A stretch of 64,000 bases of DNA, taken from NCBI GenBank assembly GCA_963924565.1, contig OZ004607.1, positions 35,278,001 through 35,342,000 of the forward strand. Reading direction: 5' to 3'. The notes beneath the pieces were generated by a model. That model saw nothing but the letters and a program-made list of their open reading frames with translations, searched no databases and was not told the origin of the DNA. Source of the DNA: Ascidiella aspersa. Its lineage: Eukaryota. The position numbers and the translations under genes were made by a program. Every line of letters starts with the position of its first letter. Positions within the stretch are counted from its first letter, which is position 1. Below are positions 26,701-39,348 of the stretch, piece after piece.

Positions 26701-29700
26701 TTGTGCGCGACAGCTACTGTAATGACGTAACACATATTCGACGCGATCGACCAGGTAAAATGTGGCGATCGACGTGTTGGCTACCACTGCAATATACGAA
26801 TGCGAAGGAGTTAGAAAGACGACAATACATTGTCTTGTTGTTATGGTCGCCATGAATTGCATGATGTTAAAATAGTTTGTCCCATTGAAATGCTTATGTA
26901 GTCTAGTTTAGGTCGTAGTAAGTTTTACGTCCCATTTCTCCTAACTCGCCCTTGTGCCTTTTGCGTGAAGGAATGTATGTTCACATATCGTGAAGTTTCC
27001 TAAGTCGCGCAACCGAAACTAGAGAAAAACAGTGTTTTAGCGTACAAAACCACATTGCAAAAAAAATTAAAAAAAAAGAAGAAAATAATCATTTTATATG
27101 GGTATTGCGAAATTGTGCCACAAAAGTGTTCTAAAAAGAGAACTTTTCGTAACGCAAATAGCTAAAGTCAAAGTATCCTGGAATCACGCGCATTGGCAAT
27201 GTGGCATCGGGATTTTCGATTTTCTATGCAAATGTGCACGATTAATTAGATAAGACAGTCGACTTGTAGTAAATCGTGTTTGCGATTTCATCATTACGTG
27301 ATACCTTTTAAACGTGGCTCGAACGCCGCCCTCGAAAGTTCCTTAGCGCCAAACTTCGACTATACATCATTCTAGTTGTCTGCGATATGCTGCCAATTCT
27401 AATTCCAAGCTATTTTCAAGCTATTCTTATCCAATCCAAAGCTATTCTTTTTAATTTTAAAATCCAAGATATTTTCAAATACGCCATTTCTGGTGAATTT
27501 GAGGGCGCAAGAAACTGGTGCCGCGTGTTGTACGTTTACGAGCGACGTCTGAACGTATTTGTCAAAAAATGGCTTGTATGTTCAGTTTTTATGCCCTATG
27601 ACGGGCCACGTATTTTGCAAACCCTGAAAAAAGTTTAAGGCAGGTCGAACGGAAACTGTCATTGCAGCATTTTCCAAAACTAAGAGCCATTGCGCCTTGT
27701 TTGCAAAGTTCAAATATGTTTGAAAGCTGTAAACCAGTGGTTCTCAACCTTTTTTGCACCGCGTACCACCTCGACGTTTTATGATCTAGTTGCGTACCAA
27801 AAAATTATCAAAAAACTCAACTTGTATAGATAGCATTATTAACAGGGGCGGATTAGCTTTTTAGTTAGCCCGGAAATTTAGAAACAGACGTGGCCCACTA
27901 CTTTCGAAAAAGTTTCCCTTTTTTAACTTTGCAAGATACCGGTATTCAAGTTTTGTGATTCTTTGTCGTTTTGCTATAATGTCATAAAATAAATTTGCAT
28001 AACTATTTTCCTGAAAAATAATAGGCTAATTCCTGTCATTGATGAGGCATAAAATATTTAACTATACAATCATTACGATGAATGTACAGTTTATTACAAT
28101 AGAAAAAATGCTTAACCTTTTGGTAATACTGTAATTTTACTTAAAAACATACTAAGTACCACCAAAAATGACTTCACGTACCACTAGTGGTACGCGTACC
28201 ACAGGTTGAGAACCACTGCTGTAAACATTACTCTTAAAAATAAAGATGGTTGAAATGCTAGAGTCGCCTGTTGACTTAATTTATATTTGTAAAAAGTAAA
28301 AAAAGAAAAAGCGTAATGGCTGGAGGTTGTAGTTAGACGTAGACAAAATACCAAAGCCTATATACAGAAGTATAGGTGACATTTTCTGCACTTCTAAACG
28401 TTACCGCAAATGCTATACCTACTTCTGCGTAGGCGTTGATATTCGTTCTACGTTTAAAAATAAAAAAGCTCCGTTAAGCTAATTTCGTCACCACCAGACC
28501 ACTTCCCCTTGTGTCGACGAGCACCGGTCGGGCGTGACCGCAACAATGGCGTTTCGTGTGACGTCATAAAGCCACGTTCGACGTTAAGGTCGTGGCGGGA
28601 AAGCGGCTAATCGAAGCGAGACCTGGGGTTTTCGAGAAACCGAAAATGCGCATTTCTGGTGAATTAAGACCGCAAGAAACTGGTGTTCTAGTTATCTGCG
28701 ATATGCTGTTAATTCTAATTCAAAGCTATTCTCAAACTAATCCTAATTCCAAGCTATTTTTTTAATTCCAAATTCAAATACATTTTCAAATACGCCATTT
28801 CTGGTCAATAAACTGGGGCCGTGTTTTACGTTTGCGAGCGTGTTTTTACGTTTGCGAGCCTGTGAACACTTTTGTCAAAAAAATTGGCTTGTATGTTAAG
28901 TTTTTAAATGGCCCCAAAATGCTGTGGTATATTTTTTTGTAAAAAAATGTTGCGACTCTGAATAATTTCACTGTAAATACTATCGCAGAGTTTAAATAAG
29001 AGTTGGTTGCTTTTTGCGCTCTGTTTTCTTTTGTAGCCGTACATTGTTGAACTATTCCGCATTCAACAACAATGCCAATGAATAAATCATAATCTAACAA
29101 GTCCCACAAATTCACGATCTTAAGCGGTGGTGTTGTACATTTACGGGCACCGTCTGAACGCATTTGTCAAAAAATGACTTGTTTTTTAAGTTTTTAAATG
29201 GCCCAAAAAAATTAGAATGTGTGTTAATTTGTTTTTGCGACCCCGTTTGATATCATTGTAAAACGCAATCGCAAATTCACTCGGTCATATTATGTACGTG
29301 CATGATTGTCGCTGGGTGAGCAGCTTAAATATGTTTTCCTGCTCGGTTAAAACGTCCAATGCTTTATAGAATGAAAAAATAAAAACATTTATCTTCCCAT
29401 AAAACACAACAAAGGGTTACTCAAATTAAAAACAAAAAAAAATATTTTAAAAACAAGAAAAAAACGTTGATTGGTTTAAAAACAAGAAAAAAATAACGCC
29501 AACTTTTCCACAAACCCAAAAAACGATAATTTCTACTTTATCCTATTTGCACAACTTGCAACATTTGTCGGGCCAATGCACAGGCGGCAACGGGGCACCT
29601 TCATCCGCCTATACTTTACGCCGTCCCTAAAACTCTAAGGATGCAAGTCGGCGCAGGGAATTAGCAACGAAAAAAAAACTCCGGCGATTACGGAAGCTGC

Positions 29701-32700
29701 CTTCGACTGTATTCGCGCCGTCAAGACAATGGCATTTTGCGGCGCGTCCTTCCAAATGTCGGTGTCGGGTTACGGGAAAGTGCGATATCGGGGGGAAAGA
29801 GGCAAGATAGCGATTGACGGCGGGCAGAAGTTTGCAGAGACAATGGAAATTCCCCGAACACGACCCCAGCCAAGTCGGTGTGTTTCAACAAACTATAGAG
29901 CCTGCTTGAAATAGCTCGGGCGTGATTCGCAACATTACTGAAAGCGATATGCTTTGGTTCTTTGGACGCGCCTCAATCAACAATGCCTTGAGCTTTACAA
30001 AGTCTTGGGACAACGCTGTCGATATTTTGCCTAATTATTTAGATTCTTTCAAACTTTACAAATAAATGCTATGTAAAGTTTTCGATGCCAAACCAGGTTT
30101 TTAAACGCAATGACTCCAAAGTTAGAAGCCTATTTTGATGGCCAGTTAATGCTTGTTTGGCTTCACTAAATTAACATTCATTACAAATATGTTCTGGTCT
30201 CAAAATTGTGAATATAACTGAAGAGGGCCTATGAAAAATCAATTTGAAATGAAAACATGGTTTAACGTTATAAAAATATGAAAAAAAAAACGGGTTAAGC
30301 GTTATTATAAAAATAGAAAAAAACGCGGTTTAGCGCTATAAATTGAAGGCAAACAAAGGTCCTCAACGTGGGTCAATGGAAACACTGGGGTTAAAATTAG
30401 GCTTTCGGGAAAAACCCGTTTACCCTGGGATTGAGAGGGACGCGGTTTCATTCTCGTATTGTTACTCGGACCCTAAGGGTGGTTTTACCCACGTTCCGGT
30501 ATGTCTTTATATAGATATGGTTAGAAAAAATTTGCTCAAACGCAACAGGAGTGTTCATTTAGGGCGAGAGCCAAAAATATAGCTGAAAATTCAAGCATTT
30601 ATATTTTTTTAAGTCAAAAAAAACAAAAACAAAAAAAACTTACTTTTCTAAATGCGGGCGAAAATAAAAAAGGCTAAAAATAAAATTAACTTGAGTCCGT
30701 TTTTTTCAGCTTAACATACGTTTTGGTCGTTCCAACAGTTTTCGAAACGTTCCGTAAAATACAGAAATCACGAAAGGCGAAATAACGCTAAAAATTCACG
30801 CATCTTTTTTTAAACTAGGCCGAAATACTATTGTAATGAATGCGTTAAGTTTTACAGATACATATATATACATCTGCCTAAATAAATAAATTTTCCGAAA
30901 ATATCAAGTTAAGAATGTTTTTTTCCGCAGGCACTGATTTTCGTTCGTTTTAAACGTACATAGTTATACGTTTACGAGTCCTGGACACCTACAGATTTAA
31001 AACAAACTAACGACGAAAAACGAGTTCTCTTTACATTAGCGGTTGCCAAACTTTTCTAAAAGTTTGCCTGGTGGACCCTTTGCATTTAGTTTGATATTTC
31101 GAGGCCCTATATATAAAAATTGAAGGGCCAGTTGATCCGTGTTTGTTGTAGTGCACTAGTGTATTTACGATTCTTTCTAATGTAACAACCTTCTAACTAA
31201 TGAAAACGATTCGCTGATAGCAGAAAGCACAGAGACATCATAAAACACGCTATATGATGGATTAATAAAGCATAACTAAAGCCAATAATGATGACAGATA
31301 TAAAGTTTAAAACATGGACTAACGTTGAAAATCATTCGCCCGAAGCCTAATGTTGGAAAATAAAATATATAAAGACTAATTCTTCTTACGGAGCTCTAAA
31401 ACTGGTGTACGTCCCCAGTTGGGCGCGAATCCCAGTTTGGGAACCTCTGCTTTACATGAACCAATTCAAACCGCGCCGTCAAACTAGGAAAGGAAAAATT
31501 CAAAAAATCGCCCACAAGAAGTCTTCGCGGGATACAAAATGGCAACGAGGCGCAAGTACAAAAGAAGTCGACTGCCGCCTATGCGCGGTAATTAGAACAT
31601 TTGCCACACTCTAAAAAACAAACTTAGAATGGTATCTGCGGGCGGTTAAATTTTAACTGGGCAGACTTTACGCAACTTATTATATAACAACTGCAACGAC
31701 TGGAAATCAGGAAAACTAGGGTATTTTGCAATTCAAAAAAGGCTCTACATCAGTGGTTCTCAACCGGGGGTCCACGGACCCCTGGGGGTCCGCAAAACGT
31801 TTTAAGGGGATCCGCAAAAACTTCTAAATATACCTTTATTATATTATTAATTAACGCTGGGTAGCATGCTTAATCACATTCTTGGTAAGTGATAAAATCA
31901 CATTGTAACATGTTGTAAATCGCATTGAGTGTGACTTAACACTTCCATTGTGATGTAACACAAATATATTGTAAAATGGAAGGCAGCATTACAACAGTTC
32001 ACATGTACTTGATTTTGGTTTATTCTATCGTTCGCAAAGATGACAACGTCTAGCATTGTCAAAAACACAACCACGCATTTTAAGACTTACTTCGGAGATG
32101 CAGCAGCAGAAATCACATTAAAATAAGCGTGTCTTAAAGTAGTTTGGCGTTGTCTGCTAGTTTACCTTACATAAGGTGCACTAGGCAGATATACTAAATA
32201 ATTAAAAATAACTAAACGCAGATATTACACCAGAAAAATGTAAGGGGACGCGGCCATTTTACAGCAACAAAAAGGTTGAGAACCACTGCTCTAAACTATA
32301 TGCTACTGTCAGTGCAGGAACAATATTTGTGCAAAAAAAATTGCTTTTACGTAGTTCAAATAGTCAAAAAATATGATGAATGGCCTCGCGGTAATTAGAA
32401 CTTACCAATTCGTAACCGTGGTGCCTTCGCATCATGTCACCGTCTGCGCCCTGTGGAAACGACAAATAAAAAGCTTTTAAAACATTAGTTTTAAGGTGGC
32501 GACGCCTTTTTTCGGGAAATAACATAACATAGATTCAATACAATCAAATGGACTTGTCTTTGTGTCATTAACATGACTGCGGACGTCTTAAAGATATTCT
32601 ACTCGTACGAACTGCGGTATTAGCATACCACAAAATTCATTCGATTACGTTCCTTACACATTTAATAAATCGAACCGAAAAAAACAAGAATTTTGGTAAT

Positions 32701-35700
32701 TTTGACACTATTTTTTTCGCTTGATATAAGGAATCATAGCCAGTGATTTTTTAAAGAAAAGTGGGTTAACGGACACGGCAGATTCTATGAAAGATATAAT
32801 GTACATGTCATTTAACAACTTGAACCACATATTTTCTATAAAAAATAGCGTCTGCAAGAAATACCACAAACTACACCTAACAGTAAACATTTCTAGTGTT
32901 AAAACAATTTTTCGAAGAACAACCATATTATATTTAACCTAATACATTTTAACTACTAACACATTTACAGCAAATACATACAAAGCAAAATAGGCTGCCA
33001 CACTTAAGCCTTTTCAGTAAAACAATTATGATTATAGAAATGCAAAATAAAATCGATGTTTATTTAATAAGAACAAAACATAAGCTATTTGCAGCAAAAT
33101 GATTTATGGATGCAAAGGCTTTATGAAAGTGTCAATGTGACGGGTTTGGCCACTAGTGACTAAAGTTGCGCGTTTACAAGACTCACAATGAAACAAGCGG
33201 ATTCGTCAGGTGAGTCACTGTCCACAGAATGCCGGTCGTCGTCCTGCAGTGGAATGGGCTGTTGTTGCTGTTGAAGGTCTCCCAAACTGACAGGGATTCT
33301 CCGGTTAGAATTGCTGCTGTTAAGATCTGCGTTGTAAACAATTTAAGATTGTAGGCACTTGATACTAGAGATCGATTTATTTCACACTTTTTCCGACCAA
33401 TATTGATACTACATTTTGATTTTAGGTTTTTTGCTAACCGATATCCGATAAACCGTATCAAATTTTTATATAACTGAAATATGGCAAAAAATTAAAAATA
33501 TTGAAAAATGAAATGTAAATAGCATTGTAGCTTATATACCTATACTTAATAACCTTGTATTTTGTGTATATATTTATATTTATTTTATTTTATAATGCTA
33601 AACAAAAAAACTTTTTGCAAGAAAAATAGAAATTTAAGTTGTTTGTTAGGAACAACTGTATGTATTATATTCTCGTAGTAAAATAACGGCCAAAATTTAC
33701 CGATCCAAATATATCAGTAGAAGCGTAATATCAGCCAATATGACCGACAAACTGATGTATTGATCTGTCTTCACTTATTACAGTATACCAGCACATGTAT
33801 TTCACTAAGTTTTTCAGTTATTTTTTACTGGAATGCAGCTGGTTTGTGTAAACACTGTACCGTGTAAAGGCCTGAGTTCTTAGGTATACTGGTTTGTGTA
33901 AAACATTGCACTGTTTAAAGGCCCGAGTTAAAGTTATCTTAAAAATCTACCACAGTCATATATTAAAATTAATTTTGCAGAAAATTGAAGTTCTTGAGAA
34001 TAGATTCACCTTAAATAAACATGGTACAGTCAATTCATCTCTACCGAATTATTATTAATTTAATTATACAAACAAATAAAAAGTGAGATTTTACTGACGA
34101 CCCCTTTATATTATACACAACATAATTTCCCAAAATTGCAGGAATTCTAGGCTAAAGAGACTATGCTACTAATAACACAGCCAAAGGCTTTTCTCAACCA
34201 TCATAAACACAGGTTACATTCAAACACAAACATGCAAAATAAGTTTATTTTGCCATAGTTTTGTCATATACTGCAAAGCACCATTACAAACTTTGAAATG
34301 AAGCAAGATATATAAACTCACTCATACCACAAATATAGACTCCCATACATAGAGTCCACTCAGCCTCAAAAATTATTGTAGGAAATATAAGTTCATTATT
34401 ACATTGCAAAATAATTTGTGCAGGTGTATACTTAACAAAAGCAATTAAACAAATACAAACTTTAATCTATATTCTAATTTACTATGGGCTTTTAAAATCG
34501 CAAGAGTTACATAATGAGATGCAACATTATGTGTATATACTATATTAAAATATTTTATAATCAACACTACAATAGAAAACAAAGTTTACCTCTTCGATGA
34601 TTTTCAATTATTTCCTGTGTTACATAAGCAGATACATCAGAGTGAATGGTCTTCTTACCAGCCTGTAAAAACACAAGTTTTAATTAGAACTACTCACCTA
34701 GAATTTAATTATTGAACTAAAAACACAATTTTTTTAAGACTCAAGAAAATAGCTAAAAATCTGAGACAAACTAAATTTGATGTGGCACTGACAAAAAATT
34801 CCTTAAAAACAAATCCAACTTAACTATTGAGCTAACTTGACTTTCTAGAAAAATTTAAAAAAAAAACTTTTATTTTTCCTTAATTAAACTAAAAATAGCT
34901 ATCATTCATAAAACAACTTCAACTTTAAGACCACACCGCTGAGTACACAGGAGTATAATGGATCGCCATCGCTGACTTCTGACATAATAAGACATTCACT
35001 TCCCTGAAGCAAGTCAAAAGCCATCTAATATGCAAATGAGCTGCTGCTCAACATGTAAATGAGCTGGGGAAGCTGGTTACCTTACTTCTAGAGGAAAAAA
35101 GACTCCTTTTTTCTCCTGATTTCTCTCACTCTCTCCTAATTTTTTGTGATCTTGGCAATTTGCTAGCCGCTTAATGATAAGTGTGACATCATCAAATCAG
35201 AGTGAAGTGTCGAGTTGTATTCTTAGCCGGCGTGTGCGCGATTGTAGGATTTATGGTAGGCGATTATGCAACGGCTCTTTAGCGTCTCTAGTGAGCAATA
35301 TAAGTGTTTTATCGGGCTTCATGGTGTCGAATAACCAGATTGTTGCCAAGAACATACTTCTCACCGATTTCGGTTGGGAGAAACACTATTTCGGTCGTTA
35401 CACAAGCGGAGGCATTTTCACAAAACAACTGAAATTTAGGTGCGGATACAATTACACTCTATCACAAATGCCTGTTCTGTATGAATTTATGTTGTAAATT
35501 TATTGCACAAATTGTATTGGACATATACAAAATTCAAGCTTGTAGAAATATTTTTTATGTAAACCTGAAGCATGTAGAATTATAATCTTGTCACATCAAA
35601 ACATTGTTGTATTTTTATGTATTATCAACAGGACTGTAAATGTCTGAAAATGGTTAATTTTTTACAACTGTTAAAAATATATAATATGATTTGTGGGAGA

Positions 35701-36120
35701 AGAAATTATAACTATTTATTACATATAAATATTTTTGTGGTAATACTATCAAACAAAACACAATAACTAGGTACACCTCTAGGGCAAAACAGAAAACATT
35801 GCCATTGGTGCTTAAACTACCTTGCTTTATAGGCTATTACAATATTTGGTAAACTTTCCATAACTACCAAAAACACCACTCAACACCTGAAACAACAAAC
35901 ACCACTACCCACTGAGTAGAGAAAATCATGCAGGTGTTTGCCAGACTGCTTATAAAAACAGATAAACTACAGATTTATCTTCCGGGGCAGAAAAAAACAG
36001 TTGTATTTTAGACAATCTTTGCCTTACCATATCGGTCGGATTTTCTGTTCTTTGGTTGAATATATTAGGAGTTGGCTGCTGAGAAGGGACGTTGGGTTGA
36101 ACGTTGGCGTTAGCTGACAT
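3308..36120 (-). CDS. POU2: Class II POU-domain transcription factor (Oct1/Oct2/POU2F-like), 10 coding exons, ~532 aa
   Basis: Exons spliced by hand, all GT-AG and phase-consistent: 36120-36028 (MSANANV..; acceptor at 36144), 34662-34590, 33326-33187, 25910-25744, 23388-23306, 15730-15615, 7398-7261, 5794-5634, 4779-4559, 3714-3308 (TGA). The POU-specific domain ([60 protein letters not shown]) has the class II signature [21 protein letters not shown]. The homeodomain ends in [14 protein letters not shown]. The start codon and any further 5' exon are uncertain. Confidence 0.93.
3614..3659 (-). repeat. (CAR)n polyglutamine tract in the last POU2 exon
   Basis: Encodes [15 protein letters not shown] with mixed CAA/CAG codons. 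Confidence 0.9.
5760..6380. repeat. Local direct duplication (~5760-6018 copied at ~6101-6380) including a POU2 splice acceptor
   Basis: Shared ACAGTGGGTGGGT..ATCGAACCCTGGG and GTGATTCAGGACTTAAAGGGCATAAATCAAAATAAA blocks. Confidence 0.85.
6025..6100. mobile_element. MITE family A terminal fragment
   Basis: Only the first ~75 bp (TIR plus subterminal region) are present, at the junction of a local duplication. Confidence 0.85.
7261..7398 (-). CDS. POU2: POU2 exon: homeodomain helices 2-3
   Basis: [46 protein letters not shown]; ttgctcag acceptor, GAG|GTGAGG donor. Confidence 0.97.
11060..11925. repeat. Tandem repeat, ~5 copies of a 180-200 bp unit
   Basis: TTATCT..GGTCGTTCTGAGAGGGATA..ACGTCAACAAT..GAAAATAAACAAAACACAGAAAAGTC recurs at ~11067, 11248, 11431, 11626 and 11824. 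Confidence 0.9.
12827..13319. mobile_element. hAT-type MITE, family A, full copy
   Basis: High similarity to 62078-62559; perfect 8-bp TSD CCTAGCAG. Confidence 0.92.
13974..14302. mobile_element. MITE-like element (CAGGGGTTCTTAAAC end); relatives at ~5345-5584 and ending ~53289
   Basis: Shared termini and ACTAGTT/GGACCC subterminal motifs. Confidence 0.6.
15379..15633. repeat. Higher-order tandem array (40/23-bp units) overlapping the POU2 exon 3' end and splice donor
   Basis: TGACGTCA at 15380, 15420, 15443, 15483, 15523, 15546, 15586 and 15626 (spacings 40,23,40,40,23,40,40). Confidence 0.95.
15615..15730 (-). CDS. POU2: POU2 exon: linker and homeodomain N-terminal arm/helix 1 (absent from the ORF track)
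   Basis: [39 protein letters not shown]; tctttcgcag acceptor, CGG|GTAAGG donor; joins NPKP with the same RKKRTSI-14aa-NxKP spacing as POU2 homeodomains. Confidence 0.93.
19440..19720. mobile_element. hAT (Buster-like) MITE, CAGTGGTT..AACCACTG termini
   Basis: TIRs and perfect TSD CTATAAGC. Confidence 0.88.
21768..22111. mobile_element. hAT-type MITE (TAGAGAT termini, ATCGGT subterminal repeats)
   Basis: Perfect TSD GTTTTAAT; a related inverted copy lies at ~33366-33773. Confidence 0.82.
23306..23388 (-). CDS. POU2: POU2 exon: end of POU-specific domain and start of linker
   Basis: (S)[27 protein letters not shown]; polyT..acaacag acceptor, G|GTGAGA donor; phases match both neighbours. Confidence 0.95.
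24880..25046. repeat. Minisatellite, ~5 copies of ~35 bp (GGCCAAATTAGGCCCATAGTACTATAGTTGCGCT)
   Basis: Direct inspection; the unit contains the palindrome ATAGTACTAT. Confidence 0.85.
25105..25517. mobile_element. hAT-type MITE
   Basis: CAGGGGCGTGCAAC..GTTGCACGCCTCTG; TSD TTCTAAAC/TGCTAAAC; GCGGGCC subterminal repeats. Confidence 0.85.
25744..25910 (-). CDS. POU2: POU2 exon: POU-specific domain, N-terminal part
   Basis: [55 protein letters not shown]; tttgtcag acceptor, AG|GTGAGG donor. Confidence 0.97.
26484..26789. mobile_element. Degenerate MITE (GATCGAC motifs); partial second copy at ~24431-24580
   Basis: Shared AGCCAACTTATGTTTG..ATCGACTGAAATAT..AAAAGTCACAAGAACA block; ends GTTGGCTACCACTG. 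Confidence 0.7.
27371..29205. repeat. Dispersed and rearranged duplicate blocks (27371-27600, 28648-28915, 29150-29205)
   Basis: Shared TCTAGTT.TCTGCGATATGCTG, AAATACGCCATTTCTGGT and ATTTGTCAAAAAATG.CTTG blocks. Confidence 0.75.
27735..28218. mobile_element. hAT (Buster-like) MITE
   Basis: TIR CAGTGGTTCTCAACCT at both ends; perfect TSD CTGTAAAC. Confidence 0.92.
31751..32288. mobile_element. hAT (Buster-like) MITE
   Basis: TIR CAGTGGTTCTCAACC; imperfect TSD CTCTACAT/CTCTAAAC. Confidence 0.85.
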
Positions 36121-36144
36121 GCTGGACTTCCTTTTCAATGAAAC
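33187..36144 (-). CDS. POU2: POU2 N-terminal exons (36144/36120-36028, 34662-34590, 33326-33187)
   Basis: Phase-consistent chain [21 protein letters not shown]|[14 protein letters not shown]|[30 protein letters not shown]|EEAAQ; donors GTAAGG, GTAAAC, GTGAGT. Confidence 0.75.
33366..33773. mobile_element. Inverted, degenerate relative of the 21768-22111 MITE
   Basis: TAGAGATCGA start, CCGATA repeats, imperfect TSD CTTGATAC/CTTATTAC. Confidence 0.6.
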
Positions 36145-38876
36145 CTGCTTAACAGTCAACAAAAATAAATGTCCAGTTACTGATGAGTTGCTAACAGGAA
36201 TGTTGAGTTATGGGGTGACTAGAGAAACCCTAGTGAAAAGTTTGGGTACTCAGCCCTCCAAAATAGCAATATATCATCATGCAAAATATTATATATTTTT
36301 GTTGATGGTTACGATTTGATGCCATCTTTATAACTAACTATTAACAGTTGTTTAAATATTTCAAATTGCCGTCTATGGGTTGTTAATACCCTAAGGAAAA
36401 TAATAGCTAACTTACTTCTAAAGGCAAAAAAACATACCCCTTCCCCTTTATTAATTAAAAAAATATAGCACAACAGTTACCATCTAATGAGTTATAATCA
36501 TAACTAACTAAATACAAACAAACACATTGCAAGTTCAGATTTTTAACTGTAACTTATTACTTATGCAATAACATTTTGAAACAACATTATTTTTTATTTA
36601 TGAGACAAATTTATATTCAATAAAACTTACTAAAATTATTTTCTAATAAATATACAAACATGTGAAAGCACTGTCAAATCTTTTCACACTTGAGTACAAA
36701 ATATTTATTTAACCAAGGTCGAAACTATGGTATGCAAAAGTCCATTCTTTTGTACTTAAATAAACACTGCTGATACCACTGATCCTAACCAGGTTATCAA
36801 GTTTTTAATTTACATTGATATGGTATTTCAATTTAAACAACAATTAATAAAATGTCAAGTTATGTTATTTAGGAATAAAATACTTTTTGGTTAATTTGTG
36901 TTGATTCTAGTAATTTTATTTTCTTACTACGTTCAAAAGATAAGTCACCAGGCTACATTTCCAATATGAATAAAAACATGGGATTTGTAACCAAAACTAC
37001 AATGCTTTATTATAGACCACTATTTTTGCAAACTCTTGATTTTAAATAACTTTATAATCACCTTAACGAAGCAATTCTACGTACAAGCGTACATTGTATT
37101 CTTCATTTGTGTTTGGCAGAAGCAAAACTGCGGACAAAAATTATACTCCAGACGAAAATTCTGCAGCAAACTGCTCATATCACGTCGAGAAGTCCGTTTG
37201 TGACGTATTCCACTGTCAACAGAGCAACAGCGCCAGACATAGAAATCGTAGGCTAAACCGAGATTTCGGCGTTGCGTAGTTTCGCAACCATGACCACTGA
37301 GAGCGGTCAAGCGCTAAATAGAGCTAGCTGGTTAGAAACTTTTGAATTTAACCGCGTTTGTTAAAGCTGCTATAATAAAAACGTATTGTAAAATCACTTA
37401 ACAAAGAACAAAAAGGTACGGTTCTTCGCTTTTTTAATTCTTGGCCGTTTAAGAACTAAAACATTGACCAAAAAAGTAAAAGTGAAATCCGTCTGTCATC
37501 CAGCTATTTTAGCCCACAATTTTTACAGGCTTACTCAGGCCCAAGGTACGTCCCAAACGAACCCAATAAGCGACCTCGAGCACAACCCAACAAAACCTGT
37601 ATGTCTACTTTTGGATCATGACAGCCAAATTTGCAATTACCATTTGTAGAGCGGTTATATGTAGAATGCATCAACTAACGCTAAAGCACTTCCTTTCGTT
37701 TAACGGCATATGACAGTTGCTTTGAGGTTTAATATTAAACGATTTCAAGCTAATGCTTAGGTTGTTAGGCGCACCATGATGAATAAAAGCTAATTAAAAT
37801 GCCATAAACATTAAAATTGCTATTAAGCTTATAAAAAAAGCTTTAGATTAAATTGTAGTTTGACGCAACAAAGCCACAGTCAACACTGGAATTTGTGTTT
37901 GAATGTTAGCGAGGAAACCTCCAGAAAGGTTAGAAAAGCCCTAAAGTATAAACCGACTACAAAGGCGGAGGATAGCTTCGCTTGCTTGCAACCTAAACAT
38001 GGATTATGAGAAACTAAGTGGACAGAATTGAATTCAAGATAGGAACTTAAAGTAATTGTTTTACAGTGCAAAGGTGGTAAGACATATGTAGGAACAAACT
38101 GTTTACCACTAAACAAGCATTAAAGTTCTGCTCTGCCAAGGGCATAACTAAATAATATAGCGTTTCCGTCGTACAAAATACCCTTGTCATTTCGCAGAAG
38201 TTGCTTGAAATATTTTAAAGTGTAGGACTGTAGGCCCTTTAAGGTTTTAATTTTATAGTGTTAAAAATTGCACAGCCTGCAACAAACGGTTGAATGTGAT
38301 TGATAACATTGGCCATCACCAGTGATGAACAGAGCAAGCTCTTTGAAATATAACGTGTTTGCAAATCAAGGACGTTTTTTCGGTCAATAACCAACTTTCG
38401 CGAATCGAGCTATGACTCTGCCGACCAATGTCAGAGATAGACACGGCACAGCCACAAATAACACGTCCTTCAGAAACAGTAGGCGCGATCGTCAATCGTG
38501 TACTAATAAGAGTAGAAATATTTTAAAGTTACCGGTATAGTACCGACTGAGTAAAATATGCAGCCTAGCAAAGTCATGCCTCCCGACCGTTTTTTGGTTT
38601 TCATTTTTCTAATCTGATCTGCTAAAAGTGTGCCTTTTGACAACAGACGAAAAATTTGTCGAAATAGTTTTTAGCTTGATGGTTTCAATAGAAAGTGAAG
38701 ATATGACCCGAATCTTCCTGGCAACATAAAACTCAGGTAATTGTTTTTTTTAATAAAGTGGGTTTACCTTTGTGGGTTTACTTTGGTATTTCAAATAGGA
38801 GGACATTCAATTGGCATACTAGTTAAAGTGAATGGTATCATGTCACAATCCATGATACTTAGGCCTATGCTTAAAG

Positions 38877-39348
38877 CAATGGTCGGTAAACTGTGGGCCG
38901 CAGAGCCATTTTTAGTGGGCCGCGAGTTATTTTTGAATATTTTAGTGTTATTGTGTAGTTGTGGGCCGCGAGATAGCCATACAATGATTGCACTTTGTTT
39001 TAAAAGTTGGTGTGACATAGAATTTTTAAATTGGCTCAGCTTGGAAAGGCCCACGTGCCAAATGTTGTCCGATTGAGAGCCTGTCGAACTACATTTTTTG
39101 CTTTAACGATATGCAATTGAATATTTTTTTGCACTTTGTGCGTATATTCTTCGTTTTATGCTATGTTTTACAATTACATTATGGTACAGCAGTGTTTTGG
39201 GCATTGAGGCGCCGTGTAATATTTTACCTTAAAATCAAATATCCAGAATCCGCCACTGATTTTTCGTAGTGGTTTTACGTAGTGGGCCTTCAATAGCTCT
39301 GAAAAGAGTACTTTGTGGCCGCGACAAAAAAAAGTTTGCTGACCACTG
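38877..39348. mobile_element. hAT-type MITE (degenerate)
   Basis: CAATGGTCGGTAAACT..AGTTTGCTGACCACTG, GGGCCGC subterminal motifs, TSD GCTTAAAG/GTTTAAGG. Confidence 0.75.

Noticed and set aside
33183-33461. 92-aa ORF from the ORF track
   Set aside because: Wrong frame and partly MITE-derived; the phase-consistent POU2 exon reads [12 protein letters not shown]..
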